64,000 nucleotides of DNA, taken from an uncultured bacterium. Lineage in GTDB: Bacteria; Acidobacteriota; Thermoanaerobaculia; Thermoanaerobaculales; Thermoanaerobaculaceae. Both the position numbers and the translations under genes were made by a program. Below are positions 1-10,980 of this stretch, piece by piece. The first letter of the stretch is position 1. Every line of letters begins with the position of its first letter. The notes under the pieces are model-generated. The model worked only from the letters and a program-made list of their open reading frames with translations. It was not told the origin of the DNA and searched no databases. The DNA is taken from assembly GCA_937924755.1 (NCBI GenBank), contig CALEVZ010000005.1, positions 22,609 to 86,608 on the forward strand, written 5' to 3'.

Positions 1-232
1 TCTCAACTGGGCGCTCAAGTACTTCGAGGCGTTCAAGGTGAACCTGGTGGTGCTGCTGGAGCCGGTGCTGGCCTCCCTCCTCGCCTGGCTGGTGCTGCGG
101 GAAGCGCCGCCGCTGCACGTGCTGCCCGGCGCGGCGCTGGTGCTGGCGGCGCTGGCGCTGGAGTACGGGGCGCTGGAGGGGTGGCGAAAGTGGCGAGGGC
201 GGGCAGCCCGGGGTGGGGATTCGCCGTGCTAG
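1..232 (+). CDS. EamA/DMT-family transporter, C-terminal part (5' end lies outside the window)
   Basis: The frame is open from the window edge (codons from nt 2). It reads LNWALKYFEAFKVNLVVLLEPVLASLLAWLVLREAPP..., hydrophobic helices typical of the second EamA repeat. Stop at 230-232. Confidence 0.55.
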   Translation, partial: LNWALKYFEAFKVNLVVLLEPVLASLLAWLVLREAPPLHVLPGAALVLAALALEYGALEGWRKWRGRAARGGDSPC

Positions 233-301
233 CATGCGGGTCTTGAAGGCAGTCAGGGTGTGGCCGGGGCTGCTAACCGAGTCATTGCCAGGAGGGTCGC
301 C

Positions 302-848
302 ATGCGACGGGTGGAAGTGATGGATGCGCGGGAAATTGCGCGAGCTCTGGAACGAATGGCGGCGGAGGTGGTGGAGCGGGGGGGAGACGAGGAACAGCTG
401 TACCTAATCGGCGTCCAAACCCGGGGGGTGCCGCTGGCGCGCCGCCTGGCCCGCCTGCTGGCCGCCGCGACCGGCCGGGAGGTGCCCGTGGGCGCCCTGG
501 ACATCACCCTTTACCGCGACGACATCGGCCCCTGGCGCCCGGCTCATCAGCAACCGGTGTTGCGGGCCACCAACCTGCCGGAGGCCATCGACGGCCGGGT
601 GGTGTGTCTGGTGGATGACGTGCTGTACACCGGCCGCACGGTGCGAGCGGCGCTGGATACCCTGATGGACTACGGGCGGCCCAAGGCGATCCGCCTGGCG
701 GTGCTGGTGGACCGCGGGCACCGGGAGCTTCCCATTGCCGCCGACTTTGTGGGCCGCACGGTGCCCTCTTCCCGCGTGGAGGACGTGCAGGTGCGCTTGA
801 AGGAGACGGACGGCGAGGAAGGAGTGTGGATCGCCCGGGAGGACGGCC

Positions 849-859
<11 letters not shown>
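302..859 (+). CDS. pyrR: Bifunctional pyrimidine operon regulator / uracil phosphoribosyltransferase PyrR
   Basis: ATG at 302 is preceded by AGGAGG (289-294). The PRPP loop [19 protein letters not shown] and [11 protein letters not shown] are PyrR-like. It lies directly upstream of pyrB and pyrC and overlaps pyrB by 11 nt. Confidence 0.85.
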
Positions 860-1785
<926 letters not shown>

Positions 1786-1805
<20 letters not shown>

Positions 1806-3078
1806 GCACGGGCGGGTGGTGGATCCGGCGCAAAGGCTCGACGACGGCATGGACGTGCTGCTGGCGGACGGGGTGGTGGCGCGCCTGGCCGAACGCATCG
1901 AGGATCCCCAGGCGCAGGTCATCGACGCCGCTGGCCTGGTGGTCGCGCCCGGGTTCATCGACGTGCACGTGCACCTGCGCGAGCCGGGGTTCGAGTACAA
2001 GGAGACGGTAGCCACCGGCGTCGCCGCCGCCGTGGCGGGGGGGTTCACGGCCGTCTGCTGCATGCCCAACACCTCACCGGTCAACGACTCGGCCGCCGTC
2101 ACCGAGTTCATCGCCAAGCGGGCCGCCGAGGCGGCGCTGGCCCGCGTCTACCCCATCGGGGCGGTGTCCAAGGGGTTAGCCGGCGAGGAGCTGGCGGAGA
2201 TCGGCGAGATGGTGCGCGCCGGCGTGGTGGCGGTGTCCGACGACGGCAAGCCGGTGCACAACGCCTACCTCATGCGCCGTGCCCTGGAGTACACCCAGCT
2301 GTTCGGCATCCCAGTGATCGACCACTGCGAGGAGCCGACCCTGACGTCCAGGGGGGTGATGCACGAGGGCGCCGTGGCAACTCGCCTGGGCCTGGCCGGC
2401 ATTCCGGCGGCGGCGGAGGAGGTGATGGTGGCCCGCGATGTCGTGCTGGCCGAGTTGACCGGCGGGCGCGTGCACATCGCCCACATCTCCACCCGGGGCG
2501 CCCTGGAGCGGGTGCGCGAGGCCAAGGCCCGGGGTCTGCAGGTCACCTGTGAGGCGACCCCCCACCATCTGGCGCTTTTGGATCAGGCGGTGGCAGATAG
2601 CGAGTTCGACCCCAACACCAAGATGAACCCACCGCTGCGCAGCCAGGAGCACGTCGCGGCGCTGCTGGACGCCGTCCTCGACGGCACCGTGGACTGCCTG
2701 GCCACTGACCACGCCCCGCACCACGCCGACGAGAAGGCGCTGGAGTTCGATCTCGCCCCCTTCGGGGTGGTGGGGCTGGAGACCGCCCTGCCGGTGACCT
2801 ACGACCTGCTGGTGCGCAGGCATGGGCTGCCCTTGAAGAACTTCGTGGCGTTGTGGTCCACCGCCCCGGCCCGGCTGCTCGGACTGCCCGGTGGGAACCT
2901 CAAGCCCGGCAGTCCGGCAGACGTCACCATCTTCAAGCCGGAGGCGCGGGCGGTGGTCAACCCCGAGCGCTTTCGCTCCCTCTCCCGCAACACCCCGTTC
3001 GGCGGCCAGCGCCTGTGCGGTTGGCCGGTGGCGACCATCGTGGGCGGCCGGGTGGCGTGGCAGCGGGAACGGCGCTGA
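1786..3078 (+). CDS. pyrC: Dihydroorotase
   Basis: 430 aa with the metal-binding motif [12 protein letters not shown], plus ATDHAPH and the amidohydrolase fold pattern. GTG start overlaps the pyrB end by 20 nt. Confidence 0.9.
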
Positions 3079-3209
3079 GTTTCGTCCCGCCGGGGCCCCG
3101 TTCCCCCGCGGCCAGCTCAGGCCTCCGGGGAAGTTGAGGGAATGCAACCTCACCCCTGACGGTCCCGTATGACGAAGGGTAGGCGCCGCAGGGCGCTCGG
3201 AGCGACTTC

Positions 3210-4292
3210 ATGATCGAAGCTCTGCCCCATCGCGGGGGCGCTTTATCGAAAAATCGTATTTTCCTGGTTGGTCTTGGGTTGGTACCGGTGATTGTGGGAG
3301 CCGCCTGCGGGAATTCTGCTCCGGGGTCGCCGGGGCCAGCGCGGCGACCAGTGGAGGTCAAGGTGGTCGCCGTGGCTCCGCGTCCGCTGGTGGTGACCAC
3401 CACCGCGGTGGGTACCATCGAGCCCGAGAATCGCGTGCTGGTCGCCGCCCAGGAGGAAGGGTTGGTGACGGCACTTTTCGTGCGGGAAGGGGATCGCGTG
3501 CAGCGCGGCGACGTGCTCGCTCAACTGGATGACCGGCAGCTTGCCGCGCAGCTCGCCGAGGCCCAGGCTCGCCTGGTGGAGGCGGAGGGCCAGTGGCGGC
3601 GGGCGCGGACCCTGACCGCGGAGGGCCTCATCACCGAGGCGGATGGCGACGCCGCGCGAGCCGCCTACGAGGTGGCCCGGGCGCGGGTGGAGGCGCTGCG
3701 CACCCGCCTGTCCTTCACCCGCATCACCGCCCCGGTGGACGGGGTGGTCACGGTGCGGCACGTGGAGCTGGGGGACCTGGTGGGGTCGCGGGCGCCGGTG
3801 GTGGAGCTGGCGGCGGGGCGGCGAGTGCTGCGGGTGCCGGTGTCGGAGCTGGATGTGGTCAAGCTCAAGCCCGGCGACGCCTGTACCGTGACCGTCGACG
3901 CCCTGGGGGAGCGCAGATTTGCGGCGCGCATCGGGCGCATCTTTCCGGCCGCCGAACGCACCTCCCGGCAGGTCACGGTGGAGGTGGTGCTGGAGGACCC
4001 GGCGCCCGATATCCGCCCGGGCTTCCTGGCCCGCGCCGAGCTGGTGCTGGACAGGCTGCCGGCGGCCATCCTGGTGCCGGAACCGGTGGTGCTGCGGGGC
4101 TCGGAGTACCCCACCTTCGTGTACGTGGTGGAGGGGGAGACGGCGCGCGTCCGTCCGGTTACCCTGGGCCTGCGCCGGGGCGGGCAGGCGCATGTGATCT
4201 CCGGCCTGGCCGCCGGCGAGCGCGTCGTCGTGGAAGGGGCATCGCTGCTGCGCGATGGCACGACGGTGAGAGCGGTGGAGGTAGGGTCATGA
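3210..4292 (+). CDS. RND efflux periplasmic adaptor (HlyD/MFP family) lipoprotein
   Basis: 360 aa. The N-terminal lipobox-like VIVGAACG is followed by coiled-coil AQLAEAQARLVEAEGQWRRA and the beta-barrel motif ITAPVDGVVT. Its stop overlaps the pump start (ATGA at 4289-4292). Confidence 0.8.
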   Translation: MIEALPHRGGALSKNRIFLVGLGLVPVIVGAACGNSAPGSPGPARRPVEVKVVAVAPRPLVVTTTAVGTIEPENRVLVAAQEEGLVTALFVREGDRVQRGDVLAQLDDRQLAAQLAEAQARLVEAEGQWRRARTLTAEGLITEADGDAARAAYEVARARVEALRTRLSFTRITAPVDGVVTVRHVELGDLVGSRAPVVELAAGRRVLRVPVSELDVVKLKPGDACTVTVDALGERRFAARIGRIFPAAERTSRQVTVEVVLEDPAPDIRPGFLARAELVLDRLPAAILVPEPVVLRGSEYPTFVYVVEGETARVRPVTLGLRRGGQAHVISGLAAGERVVVEGASLLRDGTTVRAVEVGS

Positions 4293-7200
4293 TGAGACCG
4301 GCCCGAAGTGAACGTCGCGGGCTGGTGCACTGGGCAATCCAGCGCCCGGTGGGAACCGCCATCATCGCCTGCGCCATCTGCATCGTCGGCGTGTCCATGG
4401 TGGGTCGGCTGGCGGTGGATCTCCTGCCGAAAATCGTCTATCCCCAGATTCGCGCGTCGGTGACTAACCCGGGGGTGGATCCCGAGGTCATGGAGCAAAC
4501 CGTCGCCAAGGTGCTGGAGCCCCGCCTGGCCACCACCGAAAACGCCACCCTCATCACCTCCCAGTCGGGGGAGGGGCGGACCGGGGTGGAGGTGCACTTT
4601 TCCTACGGCACCAACGTGGATTTCGCCCTGCGCGACGCCTCCACCAAGCTGGACCAGGCGCGCGCCGCCTTGCCCGACGAGGCCGACCCGCCGGTCATCT
4701 TCAAGTTCGATCCCTCGCAAATCCCGGTGCTGCAGTTCGCCGTTTCCTCGGCGACCCGGGACGAGGTGTGGCTCAAGCGCTGGTGCGAGGATCAGCTCGC
4801 CAAGCAACTGCTCACCGTGCCCGGGGTGGCGTCGGTGGACGTCTCGGGGGGGCTGGACCGGGAGATCCAGGTGATCGTCGACCCCGAGCGCCTGCGCTCC
4901 TACGGGCTCACGGTGTCGGAGCTGCTGGCCCGGCTGCGGGAGGAGAATCAGGACATCTCCGGCGGCCGGGTGCAGTCGCCGGTGCGCGAGGTGCTCTCCA
5001 AGACCAAGGGGAAGTTCCGCTCCGCCGAAGACATCCAGCGGGTGCGGGTGCCCCTGCCGCGGGGCGGAGAGGTGGCCCTCACCGACCTCGCCACGGTGCT
5101 GGACACTCACCGGGACGACCGGGTGTTCGTACGCCTGAACGGGCGCCCAGCGGTCCAGGTGTCTATCTCCAAGCAGCCGGATGCCAACACCGTGCGCGTG
5201 GTGGACGGCGCCAGGGCGGTGCTGGCGCGGCTCGACCGCGAGGGGTTCTTCCCTCCCGATGTGGCCACTGAGGTCATCGAGGACCAGGCGTTCTACGTGC
5301 GGGCGGCGGTGAGTGGGGTGGGCCAGGCGGCGCTGGCGGGGGGGTCGCTGGCGATGCTGGTGGTCTTCCTGTTTTTGCGCTCGCTCCGCCGCACCCTGGT
5401 GATCGGCACCGCCATTCCCATCGCCATCCTAGGGTGCGTCGCCCTCATGGGGGTTTCCGGCATGACCCTCAACATCATGACGCTGGGGGCGCTGGCGCTG
5501 GGTATCGGCATGCTCATCGACAACTCCATCGTCATGCTGGAGAACATTGACCGCCACCAGCGGGCGCGCAAGGATCCGGTGGAGGCCGCCCACGAGGGGG
5601 CGGGGGAGGTGGCGTCGGCGGTCACCGCCTCCACGGTGACCAACCTGGCGGCGGTGGTGCCATTCCTGCTCATCTCCGGGTTGGCGGCGCTGCTGTTCAG
5701 GGAGCTGCTGTTGACAATTTCCTTCGCCATCATCACGTCGTTGGTGGTGGCGCTCACTCTGGTGCCCATGCTGTCGGCGCAGCTGTTCAAGCTCAAGGGC
5801 AGGGAGGGGTGGGCCGAGCGGGCGAAGGTGCTGCAGTTGGTGCCCGCGGCGGTGGCCTGGCTGGAGGGGGTGTATCGGCGGCAATTGCCGTGGGTGCTGC
5901 GTTTTCGCGGCGTGGTGCTGGCCGCAACGGCGCTCGCTTTCGGTGCCGCTCTGTGGCTGGCCAGCGGGCTGGGCAATGAGTTCTTGCCGCAGATCGACGA
6001 CGGTCGTATCCGCGTGTGGATCCGTATGCCCCCCGAAACTCCGGTGGATACCACCGATCGCGCTGCTCGCGCGGCGGAGAACCTAGCGAGGGAGCTGCCC
6101 GAGGTGGTGCGGGTATTCGCCACCGCCGGGGGGGCGGCGTGGGGACGGGGGATCTTTTATAACCCCACCTCCGCCTCCCTGACGGTGGAGCTAAAACCGC
6201 GCCGGCAGCGCGCCATGTCCGCCACCGACTGGATCCAGATGGCGCAGGGAAAGCTGCGGGCGTTGCCGGAGCTGGCGGATGCCCGGGTGCGGCTCTCGCC
6301 CCCCCGCATCCGCGGGCTGCGCACCTCAACCGCAACGGAGGACATTGAGGTCAAGGTCTTCGGCGAAGATCTCGCTACCCTGGAGCGCATCGGCCACGAG
6401 CTGGTGCGCGAGCTCTCCAAGCTCGAGGGTCTGGCCAACGTGGACACCTCGTACCAGCAGACCAGCCCGGAGATTCGCGTGGAGGTGGACCGGGTGCGGG
6501 CCGCCGATTTGGGGCTGGACGTGGGAGAGGTGGGGCGCACGGTACGCACGGCGGTGGGAGGCTCAGTCGTCACGCGTCTCACCGAGGGGGACCGGGAGTA
6601 CGACGTCCGGGTGCGCTTCGACCGCTCGCTGGTGACCTCGGCGGCGGACCTCGCCCTCCTCCCCCTCTTCCCCCGCTCGGGGGCACCCATCCGGCTCAGG
6701 GACGTGGCCGACATCCGGGAGGCCGCCTCCCCCCAGACCATCGAGCGGGAAAACCAGAACCGCCTGGTGCGGGTCACCGGGCAGGCCCTGCCTGGGGTGT
6801 GGTCCACCGGCGAGGCCATGCAGGCCATCCGGGAGCTGCTGGCGGACTACCGCTTGCCGGAGGGGTACTACATGCGCTTCGGGGGCCAGGAGGAGGCGAT
6901 TCGAGAGAACCGTCGCGTTCTGCTCACCGTCATAGGCCTGGCGGTCTTCCTGGTGTTCGCCGTCATGGCGGTGCAGTACGAGTCGCTGGTCAACCCGCTG
7001 GTGATCATGGCCGCCATCCCCCTGGCGCTGGTGGGGGTTATCGCTGCCCTGAAGCTCACCGGACTGCCCATGTCGGCGCCGGTGATGCTGGGCATGATCC
7101 TGCTGGCCGGTATCGTCGTCAACAACGGCATCCTGCTGGTGGAGTACATCGAGCTGCGCCGGCGCGGGGGGACGGTGCCACGCTGGGACGCCATCTTGGA

Positions 7201-7483
7201 GGCGGCGCCGCTGCGGTTGCGGCCCATTACCATGACCGTGACCACCACTGTCATTGGCATGATGCCCCTGGCGCTCAACCCCGCCGAGGGGGGCGAGCTC
7301 ATGACCCCCCTGGCGGTCAGTGTCATCGGCGGCCTGCTGGTGTCCACGGCTCTCACCCTCTTCGTCGTGCCGGCTACCTATCTCACGCTGAACACCTTCG
7401 CCGACCGGCTGGCGGCGCGCTTCCTGCGCTCACCGGCTGAGGCGGTGGAGCAGGTCGTCGACAGGCGGCGGGTGAAGGCGTAA
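4289..7483 (+). CDS. RND efflux transporter permease (AcrB/HAE1-like)
   Basis: The track ORF 3593..7483 is over-extended. The in-frame ATG at 4289 gives MMRPARSERRGLVHWAIQRPVGTAII..., a typical AcrB N-terminus. About 1064 aa with 12 TM-type hydrophobic blocks and two large periplasmic loops. Confidence 0.9.
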   Translation: MMRPARSERRGLVHWAIQRPVGTAIIACAICIVGVSMVGRLAVDLLPKIVYPQIRASVTNPGVDPEVMEQTVAKVLEPRLATTENATLITSQSGEGRTGVEVHFSYGTNVDFALRDASTKLDQARAALPDEADPPVIFKFDPSQIPVLQFAVSSATRDEVWLKRWCEDQLAKQLLTVPGVASVDVSGGLDREIQVIVDPERLRSYGLTVSELLARLREENQDISGGRVQSPVREVLSKTKGKFRSAEDIQRVRVPLPRGGEVALTDLATVLDTHRDDRVFVRLNGRPAVQVSISKQPDANTVRVVDGARAVLARLDREGFFPPDVATEVIEDQAFYVRAAVSGVGQAALAGGSLAMLVVFLFLRSLRRTLVIGTAIPIAILGCVALMGVSGMTLNIMTLGALALGIGMLIDNSIVMLENIDRHQRARKDPVEAAHEGAGEVASAVTASTVTNLAAVVPFLLISGLAALLFRELLLTISFAIITSLVVALTLVPMLSAQLFKLKGREGWAERAKVLQLVPAAVAWLEGVYRRQLPWVLRFRGVVLAATALAFGAALWLASGLGNEFLPQIDDGRIRVWIRMPPETPVDTTDRAARAAENLARELPEVVRVFATAGGAAWGRGIFYNPTSASLTVELKPRRQRAMSATDWIQMAQGKLRALPELADARVRLSPPRIRGLRTSTATEDIEVKVFGEDLATLERIGHELVRELSKLEGLANVDTSYQQTSPEIRVEVDRVRAADLGLDVGEVGRTVRTAVGGSVVTRLTEGDREYDVRVRFDRSLVTSAADLALLPLFPRSGAPIRLRDVADIREAASPQTIERENQNRLVRVTGQALPGVWSTGEAMQAIRELLADYRLPEGYYMRFGGQEEAIRENRRVLLTVIGLAVFLVFAVMAVQYESLVNPLVIMAAIPLALVGVIAALKLTGLPMSAPVMLGMILLAGIVVNNGILLVEYIELRRRGGTVPRWDAILEAAPLRLRPITMTVTTTVIGMMPLALNPAEGGELMTPLAVSVIGGLLVSTALTLFVVPATYLTLNTFADRLAARFLRSPAEAVEQVVDRRRVKA

Positions 7484-7540
7484 GACTGCGATGGCCGGGT
7501 GATGGACCCTCCGGCCGGAGGTCGCTAGAGTTGGGCGGCT

Positions 7541-8674
7541 GTGCCGGAGGTCGCCGTGTTCCCGGACCGTAGTGCCGACAACGCTCGCCTCTACACCCTG
7601 GCCGCCTTCGCCCTGGCGGCGCTGGCTCTCGGGCTGCTGTCGTTCCGCATCCTGAAGCCGTTTCTCGCGTCAATTGCTTGGGCCACCATCCTGGCGCTGG
7701 CCTTCCGGCGACCATGGCTGGCTCTAGAGCGCCGGCTCCCGCGGCGGCGCTCCCTGGCGGCAGGGCTGATGGTACTGACCATCGGGCTGGTGGTGTTGCT
7801 GCCGGTGGGGGCCTTCACGGCAGCGGTGGCTGCCCAGGCGGCCGATGCCGGGACCGCCATCGCGGCCACCCTGAAGCAGGAAAACATCCGCTCCTTCAGC
7901 GATTTCATCAAGGCGCCGGCGATTGCGGAGACGCTCGAGGCGGTGCAGGGGCGGCTGGGCCTTACCCCTGAAGATTTCGAGAAGATCGCCGGCTCGGTGG
8001 TCAGCAAGGCGTCGGCGGTGGCGGCCAAGCTGGGAGGGGTGCTGGTGCTGTCGGCGTTCGACGGGGTGCTCACCTTCCTGAACGCCACTTTCATCCTCTT
8101 CTTCCTCTTTCGCGACGGGCGCGAGCTGGCTGCCGGCGCCCTCGGCCTGCTGCCCATGACGGCGGAGGCCCGGGAGGGGCTGGCGATCTCCCTGCGCTCC
8201 ATGGTGGAGGGGATCTTTCGTGGCTCCCTGCTGTGCGCCCTGGCGCAGGGGGTAGCGGGAGCAGTGGGGTGGTGGATCGCCGGGCTCCCCTCGCCAGCGC
8301 TGGCCGGCACCGCCATGGGGATTCTCTCCCTGTTACCCATCGGCGGCACGGCCCTGGTGTGGCTGCCTGGGGCTGCCTGGGCGTGGTTCGACGGCAAGCA
8401 CGGGGCGGCGGTATTTCTCTTTCTCTGGGGGTTGGTAGTGGTGTCCTTCGTGGCCGACAACTTGCTGCGGCCGGTGCTGCTGAAGGGAACGCAGGAGATG
8501 TCGACCCTGAGCGTGTTCCTCGGCGTGTTCGGCGGGATTGCGGCCTTCGGCCTGCTGGGGATCTTCGTCGGGCCCATCGTGCTGGCCATGACTGTGTGGC
8601 TTTTGGGCGTGATGCGACTGCTCGCCATGCCGCCGGCCGCGGCGGCCGGTGGGGGGGTCGTCGGCGTCGAATAG
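7541..8674 (+). CDS. AI-2E family transporter (PerM/UPF0118)
   Basis: 377 aa polytopic membrane protein. The pattern ILKPFLASIAWATILALAF ... IGGTALVWLPGAAW ... DNLLRPVLLKG is typical of the family. Confidence 0.75.
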   Translation: MPEVAVFPDRSADNARLYTLAAFALAALALGLLSFRILKPFLASIAWATILALAFRRPWLALERRLPRRRSLAAGLMVLTIGLVVLLPVGAFTAAVAAQAADAGTAIAATLKQENIRSFSDFIKAPAIAETLEAVQGRLGLTPEDFEKIAGSVVSKASAVAAKLGGVLVLSAFDGVLTFLNATFILFFLFRDGRELAAGALGLLPMTAEAREGLAISLRSMVEGIFRGSLLCALAQGVAGAVGWWIAGLPSPALAGTAMGILSLLPIGGTALVWLPGAAWAWFDGKHGAAVFLFLWGLVVVSFVADNLLRPVLLKGTQEMSTLSVFLGVFGGIAAFGLLGIFVGPIVLAMTVWLLGVMRLLAMPPAAAAGGGVVGVE

Positions 8675-8684
8675 CTGCCCGCGG

Positions 8685-9089
8685 CTAGGAGCCGCCAGCG
8701 GGCAGGGAGAAGTGGCGGCGAAGTGCCTCGATGAGGGTGTGCGGCTCCACCGGCTTTTCCAGGTACTCGGCGACGCCCAGATTGGCGCGCGCTTCGCTCT
8801 CCCACTTGCGGCTTTTGTACAAGGCCGTCTGAATGATGACCACCGGCTTGTACTCGGGTTCGGTCTCCCGCAGCTGGGCCACCACCTCGAAGGCGGTGAG
8901 ACCCGGCATGAGCCCATCCAGGATCAGCAGTGGGAAGTGCTCCCTGCTGGCCAGTCGCAAGGCCTCTCGACCGTCGGAAACCTCCCGCACCTCGACCCCG
9001 AACTCCTTGAGAACCTCCACGGTAAAGGCACGGGTGATGCGACTGTCATCGGCCACCAGGGCTCGCGTTAGCAGAGGCAGCTCGCTCAT
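8685..9089 (-). CDS. Stand-alone response-regulator receiver (CheY-like) protein
   Basis: 134 aa. Acidic pocket ALVADDS, phospho-acceptor region LLILDGLMPG and conserved K in YLEKPV. No output domain. Confidence 0.85.
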   Translation of the reverse strand: MSELPLLTRALVADDSRITRAFTVEVLKEFGVEVREVSDGREALRLASREHFPLLILDGLMPGLTAFEVVAQLRETEPEYKPVVIIQTALYKSRKWESEARANLGVAEYLEKPVEPHTLIEALRRHFSLPAGGS

Positions 9090-9120
9090 GGGGTGAAATA
9101 ATATCAGCGGGCCGTGGCAA

Positions 9121-10227
9121 TCATCCGCTGACCAGGGTGACTCCCCTTAGGGGAGGCTGGATTTCCAGCGCGTTGGCCTTCACGAGGGCGTCGACGATCA
9201 CCCAGAAGAGGAGTTCGTCCAACGGAGTGATCCGCTGAACCTCGCGCAAGCTCCAGCGGCCGTTCACCCGTGACAGGACGAACGCCCCCTCGGCGCCTAG
9301 GGCGGTGGGGAGTTCCGGCGTTGGACTCGCGGCGCGGGCCACGAACGGACTCTGCAGCCGCAAGGGCGTCAACTGCTGCTCGATGTCGCGCAGCACGGCA
9401 GCGGCATCGGCGGTGGCCTCCTGCCTCTGCAGCGTCCTGGCCGCTCGCCAGGCGGCCAGCAGATCGCCGTGCTCCAGGGCGTTGCGAGCGCGCTGCAGCA
9501 AGGCGGCGCGGGAGGCTTCCGGGGTTGGCGCACCGGCGGGGTGAACCGCCACGAACCCCCCCTCAAGCCCCCGAAACGCCAGTTCGAGGACGTGAAACGG
9601 CACCACGTGGCACGTCAACGCCAGCTCCTCCACCGAGCTGCGCCCGTCCATGGCAGCGAGAATGAGGCGGTCGCGAGGGTGGAGGGAGGCGGGGGCGGAT
9701 CCTTCCAGGCGCTCCAAGATCACATCATCGGCGGGGATAAGGGCGCGTATCTCGCGGTAGCGATCGCGCCTCCGCAGTCCCTCCAGCACCAGCGGAGGGA
9801 GCGGGCGGCGCAACGCCAGGGGGCGGTCGATGGGCACGATGTTCTCGGCAAAGGGCTGGATGTCGAGGCGAGGGGCGAGGAAGAGGTCGAGAACCGCCTC
9901 CTCACCCTGGGCCGCCAGGGCCTCCTGGAGGGACTCCGAGTCGATCGCCCCCATGCGCTCCAGGATGCGCCCCAGTGGGGTGCCCAGCTGCTCCTGCAGG
10001 CGCATGGCCTCGGCCACCTGCTCCTCGCTCACCAGCCCCCATCCCACCAGAAAGTGACCCAACAGCTCCCGTGGGTTGGTAGAGGCCACCCCCGCCAAGA
10101 GGCCATCGATGAGGTACAACTTCTTGCGGGACTGAGGGATCTCTAGCACCAGGGTGCCGGTGGCCCGGTGGTGGGCCAAATAGGTGAGCAGTTCCTCCAG
10201 CGGCAGGTCGGTGAGAGATTGGGGCAT
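9121..10227 (-). CDS. DUF4388 (PATAN) domain protein
   Basis: The N-terminus LTDLPLEELLTYLAHHRATGTLVLE...KKLYLIDGLLAGVAS and the repeated GspE-N-like segment LGHFLVGWGLVSEEQVAEAMRLQEQLGTPLGRILERMGAI match the DUF4388 pattern. I preferred the start at internal ATG 10227; the track ORF runs to 10299. Confidence 0.6.
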   Translation of the reverse strand: MPQSLTDLPLEELLTYLAHHRATGTLVLEIPQSRKKLYLIDGLLAGVASTNPRELLGHFLVGWGLVSEEQVAEAMRLQEQLGTPLGRILERMGAIDSESLQEALAAQGEEAVLDLFLAPRLDIQPFAENIVPIDRPLALRRPLPPLVLEGLRRRDRYREIRALIPADDVILERLEGSAPASLHPRDRLILAAMDGRSSVEELALTCHVVPFHVLELAFRGLEGGFVAVHPAGAPTPEASRAALLQRARNALEHGDLLAAWRAARTLQRQEATADAAAVLRDIEQQLTPLRLQSPFVARAASPTPELPTALGAEGAFVLSRVNGRWSLREVQRITPLDELLFWVIVDALVKANALEIQPPLRGVTLVSG

Positions 10228-10282
10228 CGGGCCGTGTCCGCTTGCCAGTATACGGCCGATCTGCCGGCGCCGTCGCGGGCTT

Positions 10283-10882
10283 TCAGGGGCGGCCCGCAAC
10301 CGCCTCGAAGCGCGCTGCCACGTTGGACCAGTTCACCGGACGGTTCAGCACGGCGGCGACAAAGTCGGCGCGCCGACTCTGATACTTGAGGTAACAGGCG
10401 TGCTCCCAGACGTCGATCACCAGGATCGGCGTCCAGCCCAACAGCTTCTGGTTCTGGTGTTTCTCCACCTGGAGAATGGCCAGCTCGCCGGTCGACGCGG
10501 CCGCCAGCACACCCCAGCCGGAGTCCTCCGCGGCGATGGTGGCGGCGCGCAGCTGGGTGTCGAAGGCCGCAAAGCTGCCGAAGGCGGCGTCGATGGCGGC
10601 CGTCAGCGCGCCCTCGGGGCGCCCGCCGCCGCCGGGGGCGAGGTTGGTCTAGAAGATCGAGTGCAGGATGCGGCCACCGCCGTGAAAGGCCACTTCTCTC
10701 GAGAGGTGTTTCACGATGGTGAAATCGCTGCAGACCCGGACGGCCGCCAGCTTCTCCAGCGCCGCATTGAGGCCGACCACGAAGGCGGCGTGGTGCTTGC
10801 CGTGGTGCAACGTCACCGTGGCGGCGTCGTAGTGGGGCTCCAGGGCGGGGGGGTACGGGAGCGGGGGGAGCTCGTACCGCAT
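10283..10882 (-). pseudogene. sodA: Fe/Mn superoxide dismutase interrupted by an in-frame TAG (10649-10651) at the conserved Trp of the HSxFW motif
   Basis: N-terminal part: MRYELPPLPY...HHGKHH...HGGGRILHSIF, then stop. The same frame continues TNLAPGGGGRPEGALTAAIDAAFGSF...DVWEHACYLKYQSRRADF. Both track ORFs (10649..11290 and 10283..10510) share one frame. Total 600 nt, the normal SOD length. Confidence 0.8.
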
Positions 10883-10980
10883 GTTCAGACCCTTCTTTCG
10901 AGGCGCTGCCCCAGGGCCGGCCAAGGCTGCCCGCATGATACCTCCCCCTCGACCTGCGACGGGCGAGGACTTACCCTGGT

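Noticed and set aside
283-300. Possible PyrR-binding RNA site overlapping the pyrR Shine-Dalgarno (UUGCCAGGAGGGUC).
   Set aside because: It matches only about 6 of 9 core positions of the UCCAGAGAGG-type consensus. I could not draw a convincing anti-terminator or anti-SD stem, and the similarity is mostly the SD itself.
3593-4288. N-terminal extensions of track ORFs: the RND pump from 3593, asnB from 21228, DPP-IV from 57795, qmoA to 45751, tyrA to 17778 and the hydrolase from 14239.
   Set aside because: The extensions overlap upstream genes or lack similarity. Internal starts with good Shine-Dalgarno sequences and family-typical N-termini exist (e.g. ATG 4289, GTG 22386, ATG 58209, ATG 45418).
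10649-10651. The in-frame TAG in sod as a recoded codon (pyrrolysine or suppression).
   Set aside because: The codon replaces a conserved Trp by a single G-to-A change. No pyl genes or recoding signals are visible. A nonsense mutation or base-call error is far simpler.
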